Part shown: positions 1-12,790 of the stretch, piece after piece
How positions within the stretch are numbered: the stretch's first letter is position 1
Layout: every line of letters begins with the position of its first letter
Assembly (NCBI GenBank): GCA_030295235.1
Contig: AP026133.1
Coordinates: forward strand, 558,001 to 622,000
Direction of reading: 5' to 3'
From: Fistulifera solaris
Lineage: Eukaryota
DNA length: 64,000 nucleotides
Notes under the pieces: generated by a model
What the model saw: only the letters and a program-made list of their open reading frames with translations
Database searches by the model: none
Told to the model about the DNA's origin: nothing
Translations under genes and position numbers: made by a program

Positions 1-310
1 TCCCACGAAAGTACGAGCTTTTTTAGAATCAGACGAATGGCAAGAGTACATTGGTCCCGAACAAGCCTTGTACAATGCCGTGAATCGAAGTTTGGATCGA
101 ACAATCGATGCCCTGGGGAAAGAGATCTTTGCGCAAAAGTTATTGGCTTATCGGCAAGCCATGAATGCTGTATCGCAACGTTGTCAGAACGTTCGATTTC
201 CATGTTCCGAATCGGGAGAACGTCGTTCTGCGACAGACTGCTTAGCGGCCGACATGGGATGCGGCTTCGAGTGTCTGGATCAAGTGAGCAACGAACTAAA
301 TCTTTGGTGA
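1..310 (+). CDS. 3' fragment of a probable diatom sulfotransferase-like protein (5' part outside the window)
   Basis: Frame ending TGA at 310 reads ...EQALYNAVNRSLDRTIDALG...FPCSESG...DCLAADMGCGFECLD..., a Cys-patterned C-terminus I associate with diatom sulfotransferase-like families. Catalytic motifs are not visible. Confidence 0.45.
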   Translation, partial: PTKVRAFLESDEWQEYIGPEQALYNAVNRSLDRTIDALGKEIFAQKLLAYRQAMNAVSQRCQNVRFPCSESGERRSATDCLAADMGCGFECLDQVSNELNLW

Positions 311-789
311 AGAACGGTGTGCACTCAAGAGAACATCTAGTAGAGGTAGCAGCTAAAGAGCTATGTAGCGTCTCTAGCTCGTTTCCTGAGGTCTTGGGTT
401 TGGCTGTAATTGGAGATTGCGGAGCTCGGAGCTCGATGAAGTATTATTTGCCCGATAGTAATATGTACTTGTAATAAGCAGCCAACAGCCAACCTACGAA
501 TACGATGACTTAAATGACCGAAAGAACTGTATTTAGTGACTGATGCACAATAGACTGGAAATCGATGGGAAGCAATGAAGACACGACGACGTCACAAGCA
601 AAAATCTACTTGCAAAGCCTACCAAGTACTACGTATCAATCACCCACCATGATTAACGGCGAGTGTTTCTCTCAAACAAAATTCTCCTTGACCTTGTTTT
701 GAGGAGAACGAATGCGAATTCATCAATAACCAATCCACTCCTCCGCCTATCGTTACCTCTGCTGCGCGTTTCCTGTCTTTATCGAAAGC

Positions 790-2602
790 ATGTCGCCATC
801 CTTGTCTCTGTGCAAAGTGGCGATTGTGGCCCTTTTCCTCTTTTTTTCTGCTTAGCTGCACTTCTCGGGCAACAACTTGCGTTTGACTCCAAGGCTTTAA
901 GAGTCCAAAAACCGGGAGCACAGAGTCCGACCAAGAGATATGACAATCTTTGCAAGATACTTGGTGATCAATCCCCCGCGTCGTTATGGGCCCAGAATCT
1001 GAGGAGTATCTTACAAGCGAGCCAAAGTCCTCTCGATGTAGATTATCAATTGCAGAATCCGACAGCGCAAGTACTGAAACTGATTACTCCCAGGCTACCT
1101 AGTGGGTTCAAATCAACTCCTCGTGACTGGCAAGCTCTGGAAAATGTGATCGAGATAACTAATCGAAGACTTGCCTACCTGAGTGCAAAAAACGAAGGTC
1201 AATTGATTGAGGAAGCCCGTCCTTTAAAGATTCTAGTTATGGGCGGGTCTGTGACAAAAGGGGTCAACTGTAAGACAGGTATTAAGGATTACCATGACGT
1301 TGAATGCAGTTGGGCGGTCCGTCTTGAAACATTGCTCAATAATTTGGCCGGTGATCGAGTGGTGGACGTACATTTGGCAGCGGTGGGTGGAACGAATTCG
1401 GCTACAGCGCAAGCCATGCTAGAGTATGATCTTTTACCAGAAAAGATGAGAGAGCCCGATATCATTATCAACGCCTACGCAACCAATGATATGCACATTT
1501 TGACGCTTCAAGAAGCGATGAGTCAAAATATCTCGTTGCGAGAGAAAATCTTTGGGATGGCGCAGAATTTTACACGCACCGCGCTCCAGCAATGCACTGA
1601 GGAAGGAAAGGCACCCTTACTTCTTTGGCTTGATGATTATTTGGGGAATGAACAAAGAGAAATACTCGCTACTTCGGATTTCATTCAAAGCCTACAAGTA
1701 CTCGCGGGCTATTACGGATTCGGACTGATGTCCTATGCGGATACGGTACGTGATCTTGTTTACGGCTCCACTACCGAGCGATCTTTTTCACCGCCCGGAT
1801 GGTACAAAAGGGACCCGAAATGAAACGAGAAATTCATCCACCATACCCCATGCATGTCGCGGTGTCGTATATTGTCGCCTACACCTTTCTGCAGTTCGCG
1901 TCGAATCACTGCGGCATGGAATCATGGAAAGTTACTTCGTGGGAGAACGATCTCGATTACTACGATGCGTCGATTCCAGATTTTCCTGGCACGAAAGGAA
2001 GTATGCATACTTTGGATTCGCCACCACTACCTCGACCAAAAGGACTCCCTCCTGCTTTGACCAGCAATCTCAAGTTGGACGACGTTTCAAGGCTGTGGCG
2101 CGAAGCGGCGCCGATACAGTGTGAAGTGGAAAAGGCAAACCGCGTTCGCTGTCCAGTCGGCTGGGTCAGTGGTTTCCGGCCGGACTCAAAGACGAATAAC
2201 ACCATGAGTTACTTTGCGCCATACATTCGGAAGCCTTTTGAATGGGAATGGCGGAACGACAAAGGGAAATTTGGATGGCTACCGACTCTCTCAAGTGGCG
2301 CAACGATGGCTTTTGACTTTCCTTTGGAGCAGGAGATCCATCGTATAGTTTTATTCTACATGAAGAGCTACGGGACATTGTGGGAAAGCTCAAAGTCACG
2401 ACTACATTTATACCTAGATGACGATGATATGGACGTCCCGTCTCTCGAATTGTTTTTACATGGCTTTCACGACAAAGAGACGAGTGAAGTCTATGTGAAG
2501 GAGGTGCAGCTAACACGCGGAGCGTCGAGGAGGCTTCAAATGACGGTTGAGCATGCAGCTGGGAAGACATTCAAGTTGATGGGATTCGCGATTTGCAGCT
2601 GA
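790..2602 (+). CDS. Type II membrane SGNH-hydrolase-fold protein, tandem copy 1 (frameshifts ~845 and ~1820)
   Basis: ATG 790 gives MSPSLSLCKVAIVALFL, which joins FFCLAALL across a T-run. Motifs MGGSVTKG, GGTNS, ATND and IHPP. Colinear with intact copy 3; one A missing at GACCCGAAA-TG. Confidence 0.8.
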
Positions 2603-3058
2603 ACTTGACGCCTCGGCACTTCTTTTGATAGAAACATACTTCCGTCTAATTTCGACATGATGCACGCTCGAAATATCACTAGAACACTCTAGCAGGTTCG
2701 AAAGTTGCTTTGAGACAAACAGCAAAAGAGCTCATCGATTAAATGTCAGTCGCTGTAAAGTATAGTCAACCGTGTATTATCATGAGTTGTTTTTATAAAA
2801 ACGATGCGGGCATTGCAAACGCTCCCATAGATGTTTGCATTCCACTTAGACTCATAATATCGCTAAACATAGACATTGCTCAAATGATTAGTGATTGGGC
2901 ATTCGTGGAAGTGACATCATCGTATAATGACCTTTTCCGCCTGTCACACGTCACACAACTCAGCGCGTGCCATTTTCTCTTTTGACAATTTTAGAAAACG
3001 ATGATTGTGTTGTCATCATAATCTCAACATTCGTTCCTCACTGACTATCGAACAAGGA

Positions 3059-4905
3059 ATGGAAGCTAGTAAAAACCCACAACGTCCCTGGTTGAATCTA
3101 AGAACGCAACTATTCGTTTTCCTGTCCCTGTTCTGCGCAGCGGACCTCTTTCGGCAACACCAAGCGTTCCAGACGAAGGCACCGGAAGTCTTTTTTACAT
3201 CATACTATCATGACGAATCCAGTCAACTCCCGGCTGCAGCAAATGACGGTATATGTGGCATACTCGGCAGTCAATCTCCTATGTCTTTATGGTCAAACCA
3301 CGTTGAGAATATTTTACGGGCCAGTCAAAGCCCTATCGACACAAATTTTGCTTTGAAGGATCCGACGGCCCAAGTACTAAAGATCATCACACCCAGACTA
3401 TACAATGGTCTCAAATCCCACCCACGTGACTGGCAATCACTTCAGAACGTGGTTGAAACAACCAATCGAAGACTCGCTTACCTGAAAGCAAAAAGAGACG
3501 GCCATTCGATTGAGGAAGCCCGACCATTAAGGATTCTTGTTATGGGCGGGTCCGTTACAAAAGGAGTCGGCTGTAAAACCAGCATCAAAAACTACAACGG
3601 TATAGAATGTTGCTGGGCTACACGACTTGAAACATTGCTAAACGGCCTAGTCGGTGATCGAGTGGTGGATGTACATTTGGCAGCGGTGAGCGCCACGAAC
3701 TCGGCGACGGGGCAAGTTATGCTGGAATACAACCTGATACCCGACGAAATGAGAGAACCCGATATCATCATCAGTGCGTATTCCACAAATGATATGCATA
3801 TTTTTACCATTAAAGAAGCCATGAGTCAAAATATCTCGTTACGAGAAAAAATATTTGGAATGGCGCAGAATTTCACACGCACTGCCTTGCAGCAGTGTAC
3901 AGAGGAAGGGAACACGCCGTTGTTGTTTTGGCTCGATGATTATATGGGCAATGAGCAATACGAAATATTAGGCACTTCGGAATTCATACAAGGCCTTCAA
4001 GTATTGGCCGGCTACTATGGTTTCGGCCTCTTGTCGTATGCGGATACAGTGCGTGATCTTGTTTACGGCACGACAACCGAGAGATCATTTTCACCAGCAG
4101 GGTGGTACAATAAGAGCCCAGATATGAAAAAGAGATCCATTCACCGTACCCGATGCATATTGCGGTAGCGTATCTTTTCGCATATACATTCCTGGAGCTC
4201 GCCTCGACATACTGCGGTCTTGAATCATGGAATGTGACAACATGGGAGAACAAAGTGGACTATTATAATGCAGCAGTTCCAGGACTCCCGGACACGCGAC
4301 AAAGTTCACAAACCTTGGACACGCCGCCCCAACCTCGCCCGAACGGACTTCCTCCTCACTTGGACTCCCACCTGAAGTTGGACAACATTTCGAAGTTGTG
4401 GAAGGAGGCTCGTTCAATGACGTGCGATGCTGACCGACCGAACCGGGTTCGCTGTCCCGTTGGATGGATCAGTGGCTTTCGACCGGATCACACTACATCT
4501 GACGTGATGAATTACTTTCAACCATACATTCAAGAGCCCTTTGAATGGGAATGGCGGATTCAAAACAAAAAGGCTGGCTGGCTACCCAAATCTGTGACCG
4601 GCGCTACGATGACGTTTAAATTTCCATTGGAACAGGAGATCCATCGCCTGGTATTGTTTTATTTGAAAAGCTATGGGGAAATGTGGGAAAATTCGAAGGC
4701 CGAGATAGAAATCTATTTGGATGAAGACATTGTCGATGACAACATCTCTCAAATTTCACTAAGTGGTGTTCACGATAAGAGGGCAAGCGAGATCTATTCA
4801 GAAGAAATCATATTGTCTCGTGGAGCGTCCAAGACGCTTCGACTCTCGGTCAGGCATACGGATGGAAAATTATTTAAGTTGATGGGATTCGCGATTTGCA
4901 GCTAA
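3059..4905 (+). CDS. Type II membrane SGNH-hydrolase-fold protein, tandem copy 2 (frameshift ~4130)
   Basis: ORFs 3005-4168 and 4153-4905 align end to end with copy 3. One base missing in ATGAAAAAGAG. Same FKLMGFAICS terminus. Confidence 0.82.
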
Positions 4906-5835
4906 AATCGTCGCTACTTCTACGTCTTGCAAGCAAACTGTTTTATCGATTACATTTTCGACGGATTATTTTCTTCAAGTCGCAATGAGACAAGAATGAG
5001 CTCAGATTAATGCATAACGTCAGGGCATGCTTGTTGCATGCCCTTCAAACTATGGGCATGATGACCAGCAGGACCTTATCACTTGACGACTTTGCGATAG
5101 AAAACATCTCTTCTCCAAATTCTTGTCCTGATCCAATCTGCCCTTTATTCTTTGAGAGGCGGCTCATGTTCGCTGCCATTGATTAGGGTATGGCTTTCGA
5201 CCTGATCACCCACTAGAAGACATAATGACTTGCTCATAGCAATGCATTCGATAATTCTTTAAGTGGATTTTTGGTTTGCCTGACTTCACAAAGTCTTTGG
5301 AAGGCTTGACGATTTCTAAAGAGCATTTTACGCGAAAAGCTATGAGGTGATATGAGAAAATTCACAGGCTGACGTAAAAGTGTAGCTGGAGGCGAGTATC
5401 CCATGCACTCTAGCGTTCCGCTCGCGGAGCGTCAAAGACTTAATTGACAGTTCAGCAAAGGGAAAACGAGCTAAAGTCATCGCTGATTATCTCCGTGGAG
5501 AAGCTTTGTGAGGATTGAGTATAGCTTGTTTGTTGTTTGCTTCCTATTTTAACTAGCATGAATCATGACTCATGACGACTCCTCATAGTTTTATATCTAA
5601 GGACTCCGGCTCGCTCATACCAGGTACTGTTCCTGATAATTGGACATCGACACGATGACCCACCGGTCATTGTTGTCGTAGTATTATCTTGTACGCCAAC
5701 CCCAAGGGGAAATCACCGCGTGCTCGTATTTATCGCGATTTTCCCACAAATTCTTGTTAGGATCTTTTCAGCTTTTCAACCTTTCCTTTCAGACTTTCAG
5801 CCCTCTTCCAACTAGAGAGCTTGAGGCCGACAAAG

Positions 5836-7683
5836 ATGGAAGCTCTTCCAAAGACACAACGCCCCTGGCTGAGTATTCGGTCGCAGCTATTTGTGATATT
5901 GTCTATATTCTGCATGGCGGATTTATTGCGGCAATATCAAGCTTTTGATACGAAGGCTCCGGAAGTTTATTTCACAAATAATAGAGCAAATAACCAGACT
6001 GACCACCCGATAACCACAAAAGACGGAATATGCGGCGTTCTTGGCAATCAATCTCCCACGTTTTTATGGGCGAAGAATGTCGTGAATATTTTACGTGCCA
6101 GCCAAAGTCCTCTCGATACAAATTACGTTTTTCAAGATCCAACTGCCCAAGTATTGAAGATCATCACCCCAAGACTGCACAACAGTCTGAAATCAAGCCC
6201 ACGTGATTGGAAAGCCATGGAGCATGTGATCGAAACCACCAATCGAAGACTCGCTTATTTGAAAGCGAAAAGAGAAGGCCACTTGGCTGAGGAAGCACGA
6301 CCTCTTAAAATTCTCGTCATGGGCGGATCCGTGACGAGAGGGATGAACTGTTACACTCGGATCCGGCATTACGACTATAACAAGTGTTGCTGGGCTGCTC
6401 GACTCGGGACACTACTTAACAGCTTAGCTGGGGATCGAGTTGTAGATGTACACCTGGCAGCGGTGAGCGCAACGAATTCGGCGACAGGACAAGTCATGCT
6501 CGAATACAGCTTGTTATCCGAAGAAATGAGAGGGCCTGATATCATTATTAGTGCTTATTCAACGAATGATATGCACGTCTACACGATGCAGGAAGCCCTC
6601 AGTCAAAACATCTCGTTGCGAGAAAAAATATTTGGAATGGCGCAGAATTTCACCCGCACTGCCTTGCAGCAGTGTACAGAGGAAGGGAACGCACCGCTGC
6701 TATTTTGGCTCGATGACTATTTAGGAAATGAACAAAAAGAGATACTTGCCACTTCAGAATTTATCCAAGGGCTCCAGGTTCTAGCTGGCTATTACGGATT
6801 CGGACTGATGTCCTATGCGGATACAGTGCGTGACCTTGTTTACGGCACGACAACCGAGAGATCGTTTTCACCTCCAGGATGGTACAAAGAGGACCTTAAA
6901 ATGAGAAGAGAGGTTCACCCACCGTATCCGATGCACATAGCTGTCTCGTACATTTTAGCTTATACATTCCTTCAACTCGCGTCGACCTATTGTGGTCTCG
7001 AATCGTGGAATGTGACATCATGGGAAAGTAAATTAGACTACTACAACGCACAAGTGCCCGGATTGCCCAACACGCAAGTAAGTAAACAGAGCTTAGACAC
7101 GCCGCCCCACCCTCGACCGGAGGGACTACCTCCTCCTTTGAATTCCAGTCTTAAGTTAGACGACGTTTCAAAACTATGGCGCGAAGTTCCTCCAAATACC
7201 TGTGACGCTGAAAAGACACACAAAACTCGCTGCCCCATTGGATGGGTCGGTGCATTGCGACCAGATCACATTGCGGATGACGTATCAAGTTACTTCCAGC
7301 CGTATATTCGAAAGCCGTTTGAGTGGGAATGGACAATGGATAGGAAGAAGCCTGGATGGCTGCCTAAGTCGGCGGAGAACGCAACAATGACGTTCGATTT
7401 TCCTTTGCAACAGGAAATTCATCGTTTAGTGATATTCTACATGAAAAGCTATGGAGACATGTGGGAAAATTCGAAGGTCGAACTAAAAATCTATTTGGAT
7501 GACGAAACAGTTGATGAACACGCTCTTCGGCTTTCACTAAGTGGTGTTCACGATAAGAAAACGAGCGAAGTCTATGTTGAGGAAGTTGATCTACCTCGCG
7601 GAGCGTTAAGACGACTTCAAATGACAGTTCAACACGTAGCAGGAAAATCCTTTAAGCTAATGGGATTCGCAATTTGCAGTTGA
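5836..7683 (+). CDS. Type II membrane SGNH-hydrolase-fold protein, tandem copy 3 (intact, ~615 aa)
   Basis: Uninterrupted ORF with an N-terminal TM segment and MGGSVTRG, SATNS, STND and VHPP motifs. Confidence 0.85.
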   Translation: MEALPKTQRPWLSIRSQLFVILSIFCMADLLRQYQAFDTKAPEVYFTNNRANNQTDHPITTKDGICGVLGNQSPTFLWAKNVVNILRASQSPLDTNYVFQDPTAQVLKIITPRLHNSLKSSPRDWKAMEHVIETTNRRLAYLKAKREGHLAEEARPLKILVMGGSVTRGMNCYTRIRHYDYNKCCWAARLGTLLNSLAGDRVVDVHLAAVSATNSATGQVMLEYSLLSEEMRGPDIIISAYSTNDMHVYTMQEALSQNISLREKIFGMAQNFTRTALQQCTEEGNAPLLFWLDDYLGNEQKEILATSEFIQGLQVLAGYYGFGLMSYADTVRDLVYGTTTERSFSPPGWYKEDLKMRREVHPPYPMHIAVSYILAYTFLQLASTYCGLESWNVTSWESKLDYYNAQVPGLPNTQVSKQSLDTPPHPRPEGLPPPLNSSLKLDDVSKLWREVPPNTCDAEKTHKTRCPIGWVGALRPDHIADDVSSYFQPYIRKPFEWEWTMDRKKPGWLPKSAENATMTFDFPLQQEIHRLVIFYMKSYGDMWENSKVELKIYLDDETVDEHALRLSLSGVHDKKTSEVYVEEVDLPRGALRRLQMTVQHVAGKSFKLMGFAICS

Positions 7684-7806
7684 GATTCATTTGCGCCTTC
7701 ACGCTTCATAATAGAAAATGAACACGTTCACATTAAGAACCGACGTATCCAGCTACATCGTCGTGACTAATGATACCATCGATCGGGTAGAGAGCTAGTG
7801 CGCAAT

Positions 7807-8175
7807 CTATTTCTTCTCATTATCATCTGAATGATTTTGAAGCGACATTATTTGATCAAACATCTTTCTTCGCTTTGGATCTCGCAGATTGGTTTGCTGC
7901 ATCTTCACCACGGCTCTTGCTAGCGCCTGGTTCTTTTCCCGCTCTTCCTGTATTTTACCCATCAGATCTTCGATTTCTTCTAAATCTTGACTGTCGCAAG
8001 AATCGTCGCTATCGGAGTCGTCAAAACTCTTTCTCTTTCGATTATTATCCGACGAAGAATCGCTGTCATCGTCGGAGTCATCCGAATCACCATCGTCTCC
8101 GTCTTCACGCGCTTGTTCCGATAGACTGAGCCGCGCCATATCCGACGTTTCGTCTTTTGCATCTGTTAGACTCAT
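7807..8175 (-). CDS. Small acidic, low-complexity hypothetical protein with coiled coil and basic NLS-like patches
   Basis: 122-aa ORF with ATG start, D/S-rich tract, RKRK and PKRRK motifs. Confidence 0.55.
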   Translation of the reverse strand: MSLTDAKDETSDMARLSLSEQAREDGDDGDSDDSDDDSDSSSDNNRKRKSFDDSDSDDSCDSQDLEEIEDLMGKIQEEREKNQALARAVVKMQQTNLRDPKRRKMFDQIMSLQNHSDDNEKK

Positions 8176-8476
8176 ATTGGGGACAGTTTCGGCACTTTAT
8201 TCTTAACGATCTGGGGCTGGCTATCATATCACGAAGAGGCATCAACCGCAAAAGTTTAGTGCCTCATGCGCATTTCGTTTTCCACGAGGGCCTACAAATG
8301 ATTGTGCACCGAAGAACATACGCAGAACATGTCTGGATCTTTGATTTAATCACATCGGTACTAAAATCTAGGAAGAATACAGACACTATAGTTGTTGTCT
8401 ATGGTCTATACGAACGGAATAATAAGTCATTTGAAAGAATCATGTAGCACCACTATTCGCTACACTATGTGATCAA

Positions 8477-9967
8477 CTAACAAATCCAGCAGACATTTTC
8501 TCTTGCCGACAACGTTTCATCGGTTGTGTGGTGCGCGACGTAAAGATTGATAATCCCTTTGCAGCAACACCAAAACTCGGCGCATCCTCTCAAATACCCC
8601 TTAAGAATACCTTCCAGTAGCAAGAGATGGATCAGTATGTATCAATAAGATTGCCTCACACAAATAATAGATAACTCTCTGACTTACCACAACATCCTTC
8701 GTCTTCGTGTCCATTCAAAGACCAATCACCAGCAGTTGTACGGTCGCAGATGTTCACACGGGTGTAGACTTTGCTAAAGTCTTCGAAGGACATCCAAAAC
8801 GCACCGTCATCTGCAGCAACGAAATTCAGCACTTTTGCAACTTCAGGGTGTTTTTTCCACATCGAACTCTTGTCCGACCATGCTCCCTTCCATTCGAAGG
8901 TTCCCCAAGGATTCCGCAGTTGAACTAGGCGAAACTCTTTTACTTGACGAGCTTGAATAATGGAGTAAGCGTGTCCAGCAACCAACCCTTCCTTCTCCAG
9001 CATTTGTTCTCCTGACGGTCCATCGGACTTTCCGTACTCTGTTTTGCCGATGCTGGCCGACATCAAAGCTTTTTGTTTATCATACTTCTTCAGCAGGGTC
9101 CACAATTGCTCGACTGTGTAGGTTTCTTTTGTCGATTTGAATCCACAAGCACGTTTGTCTTTTTTTGTCTTTCAGTGCTACCATGTCCTCCCTTTTCCAT
9201 CGAAATTGTTTGTTTTTCTTGTCCGGTTCTACCAAGGACATTTGAAATACCTTATCACCCGTCATACTGAGCCATCCCCAAAGTACAAAACCCCCATCCA
9301 GGGCCGTGTAACTTCCACAGAACTTCGCGTATGCTTTTTCGAGTAAAATGGCCCACAATTCATTGCCGTTTGGATGCATGAAACGGGGTTTGTTCGTTCC
9401 CTTGTGGCAAGGAATCCTGTCATCAATTGTAATAATCTGCCATTTTTCTTGAACCGGATCATAAATACGGACTTTGTACAGTCCTCGAGGATTGTATTCC
9501 TTGGTAATGAACAGATTGCGGATTGCGTGAGGGAACTCAGAAGCACAAGCGAATGCGGCCACCAGCCAGCAATCTCCCACAGCTCCTTGACAGAGATCAC
9601 TTGGTTCAATTTCTCCCTCAAAAAGTTGGGGGCGCTTTCCTTTGATCCCCTCAATATCTTGCGCACGGACCCATTCTGTATCCTTCTCCATAGCCTGAGC
9701 GCTTTGTCCCTTTCCACCGGTCTCTTGGTGAATACCGAGAGCCTTGGCACCTATAAACGATTTGTCTTCGTAAACGAACCAACAGGGTAACAGATACCGC
9801 CACAGACACCCGACCGTGAAGCGCTGACAAAGTACGCGCATGCAGGGCCCGCAATAAACTTGGAAGCTTCGAAACACCAGCGCGATCGGAGCTACAATAG
9901 GACAGCATAAGGTATTCCAGAAGAGCCCCGCATTTCCGGAAAAGAGGCTCGCACAGGTCGGAGCCAT
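8477..9967 (-). CDS. Calpain-family cysteine protease (CysPc domain only); intron 8687-8611, frameshift ~9160
   Basis: Catalytic triad motifs QGAVGDCW, GHAYS and RNPWG, plus LLEKAYAK. A GT-AG intron restores the frame to ...ENVCWIC*. Confidence 0.9.
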
Positions 9968-10329
9968 CTTTTGAAGAAGCAGAAGGATCAGATAGGATCA
10001 CAACTCTTGAATGAATTGAAGCACAATGAATGACTGGAAGGCGAACATATCCTTTTGAGCAAACCCATGATAGGTCTGTTCAGACTTTTTTCTTTTTGTG
10101 CTGCAAAACAAAAAAGGCGAAAGGTTCTCCGCGCAATGATACCAGTACCAGGTACTTAAAAAGTATTGCAACCCGAGAATCATCATCTCAAGGCTTATGT
10201 ATTCGGTACCGGATGGAGTACATTACATTGCGACGCTATGGATAATAAAGCCAGTTAGCGGAATTTGTGCAAATTGTCAATTGTAAATTCTTTCATACAC
10301 TTTATCGGCTTAACTTTGCTTATAGATGT

Positions 10330-12790
10330 TCATTGGAGGTAAAAGAGCGGCAACTCAAGTGTCCTGTTCAATTGTTGCCGCTCCGTAGGTCCGTCTTGCC
10401 AAGTGCAACCATTTTTATTGGCGGCCGCTTTCGGAACTCCCGCAGTCCAATGGCGCACCGTGCATGTTAAGTTGCGACCAGATAGCAGCAGTCCCCATTT
10501 ACCGAATCCGCCCATATTGTAGGCTAGGCACTCTCCCATTGATATTATGTACAGATCTACGAACACGGCGTAGTAGTCGGAAGGTGACGTTGGTTGACTT
10601 GGTTTCAGATCCATGTGCAGCGGGTCTTTGTCATGAAGACGCGTTGCCACTGGTGTATTTCGCGACTTCCCGTACTCCACAGCAACCTCACGGGCGTATG
10701 CCGAGTCCGAAGCGAAGAAGAAAGGTCCGCCAGGCCGTAAGTGCGAGATGCAATTTAGCGAATTGACAGTCCAATTGTAGACTTTAGCTGGATCACGCCC
10801 GTGCTCTTCTAGCCCATATTGCGCTCGCAAGTGAACGCTCGAATATTCGTAAGGAATGAGCTCGAAGCCCTTCATCTCCGACTCGATCTGTTTGGCCACT
10901 TTGGGTGCCGGTGTGAAGAAGCTACGCCAACAATCTCGGTAATGCTGACGCAAAGCGTCTTCCGACTCACCTGATTGCAAAGCTTGCTCTTTGTAATACT
11001 TAGAGCCATGATCACTTATCTGTATGCGGGACATTATAACTGTTCGATTGGATTGTGAGTATGCCACCAGTCGGTCTAGTGTATGAATGCGATCTGCGTT
11101 GGCTTTGAGAATATCATGAAACCAATCGGGTACAACCCAGTTTACACCACCCACCGGCGGCACCAGAAACTCGGTCAAAATGCCGGTCGCTCCCAGTAGA
11201 GGAGCAGCAATCGATTGGTATTAGCTGCCACTCGCACCATTGCAGGTAACAGACGAAGACGATCCGAAGTTCCTCCACACTTTTCATCACTCTCCATGCA
11301 GGTCATGATTATATACCGTGTCTCATTCCAATTTTCCGGGCTCAATCGTTGCCGCTGTTCTGCATGCCAGTTAAAATAATCTTTCATCCATTGAGGTATC
11401 TGCGTCGAGTCATTCCATATTCTAGTGGACGCAATAGCTTGTGGCTTGGGGTGAACTACCTCGGCACGCAACAATAACAATGCACCATCTTCTTCTGATG
11501 TCAGTCCTCGCATAGGAGGAGGGAAGATTCTATCATTTGTTAGAACGTGGCTGCTAGTATTTCTAGCCCGAGTGTATGTGGTGGTCAAGCGGCACTCCGA
11601 CAACGAAATAGCCGTCATATGCTGTAATGCGCAAGAAGCGTTCTGACTCATGTAAGACGCCAATTTCCCGTAACCACCCATTCCATAACTAACGCATTTT
11701 CCCAATGACAAGACGTACAAATCGACAAACGCATCATAATATTCACTGGGCGACCTTGATCTCCACTGTATGGCCTTATCCAGGTGGAGAGGGTTTTGTT
11801 CGTGTTGCGGCGAAATGACATGATAACCCCGATGCGTTCCGTACTCTCCAGCCACTTGCTGTGCGTACGATGCATCCGATGCAAAAAATAGGTAGGGATA
11901 CTCGGCTTCCACAAATTGAAGGCTGCAATTCACGGCGTGACGTGTCAATTGTTCCAAAAAGCGCGGATCCCGTTCTTCGACATTGTACAAGGCTCGCAGA
12001 TGAGTCGATGGGTATTTCCCTACTTCCAGACCATTGTTGTTCATGTATGTTTGTATCCTTTTCGCAATCGGCGGTGCAGGAGTGAAAAAGACCCGCCAGC
12101 ATTCTGCAAATACTTGGGAAAAAGTGGGTTCGTCGGGCAACAAGGTATAGTCGTAATACACCTGTCCGTGATCATGCGCTTGAAATTTGACACGAAACGA
12201 CGGAATGGAGTGATTGGAAGCAAACGTGAGTATTTCATCTTGAACCGTAACACGCTCTCCTCCGCTTCCGTTCCAGTCCGGTGGCAAGCGCCAGTCGACA
12301 CCTCCCACAGGAGGCAATAAAATTCTTCCAACGGAGCCGGACGGCCCCATTGAAACAATAAGACTCGTTCTGACAGCGCCGCCACTCGTACCAAAAAGGG
12401 TAAAGTCATAAGTCGATCGGCCAGTCCGCCGCATTTGATGTATTTCGGTAAGCACGAAACTATCATGAGTCGATGATTGTTGTCGTTGTGAAAAAGAGAC
12501 TGACGCGCTTCTTTGTGCCATCTAAAATAGTCTTTCATCCATTCCGGCAATGTTTCCGAAGATTCCCATAAATCTGTAGTATCGATTTGATAAGAAGCAG
12601 ATGGTTGAACAAAAGACACCATCAACTGTTGATCATTTTCATTAGTAATGGTGACATTCGATGACGCAAATGAATGATTAGAACGGCCGTGATCCAAATG
12701 CGTTTGCATTTCCCACAAAACGACAAAATAAAGAAGGCCAATCGCTGTAAAAACAGCTTTGAGGCCTCCATTATTTATTTTATTCTTCAT
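10330..12790 (-). CDS. Type II membrane protein with two tandem fucosyltransferase-like (GT-B) modules; frameshifts ~12320 and ~11178
   Basis: Three ORFs join at T-runs into ~820 aa. Each module has WMKDYFxWH, CGGxxDRL, EFLxPPVGGVxW, HLRAxY, FFASD and FVDLY. N-terminal TM helix. Confidence 0.7.

Noticed and set aside
5022..5044. Hairpin AGGGCATGC-TTGTT-GCATGCCCT
   Set aside because: A single 9-bp stem is plausible by chance, and bacterial-style terminators are not expected in this eukaryotic context.
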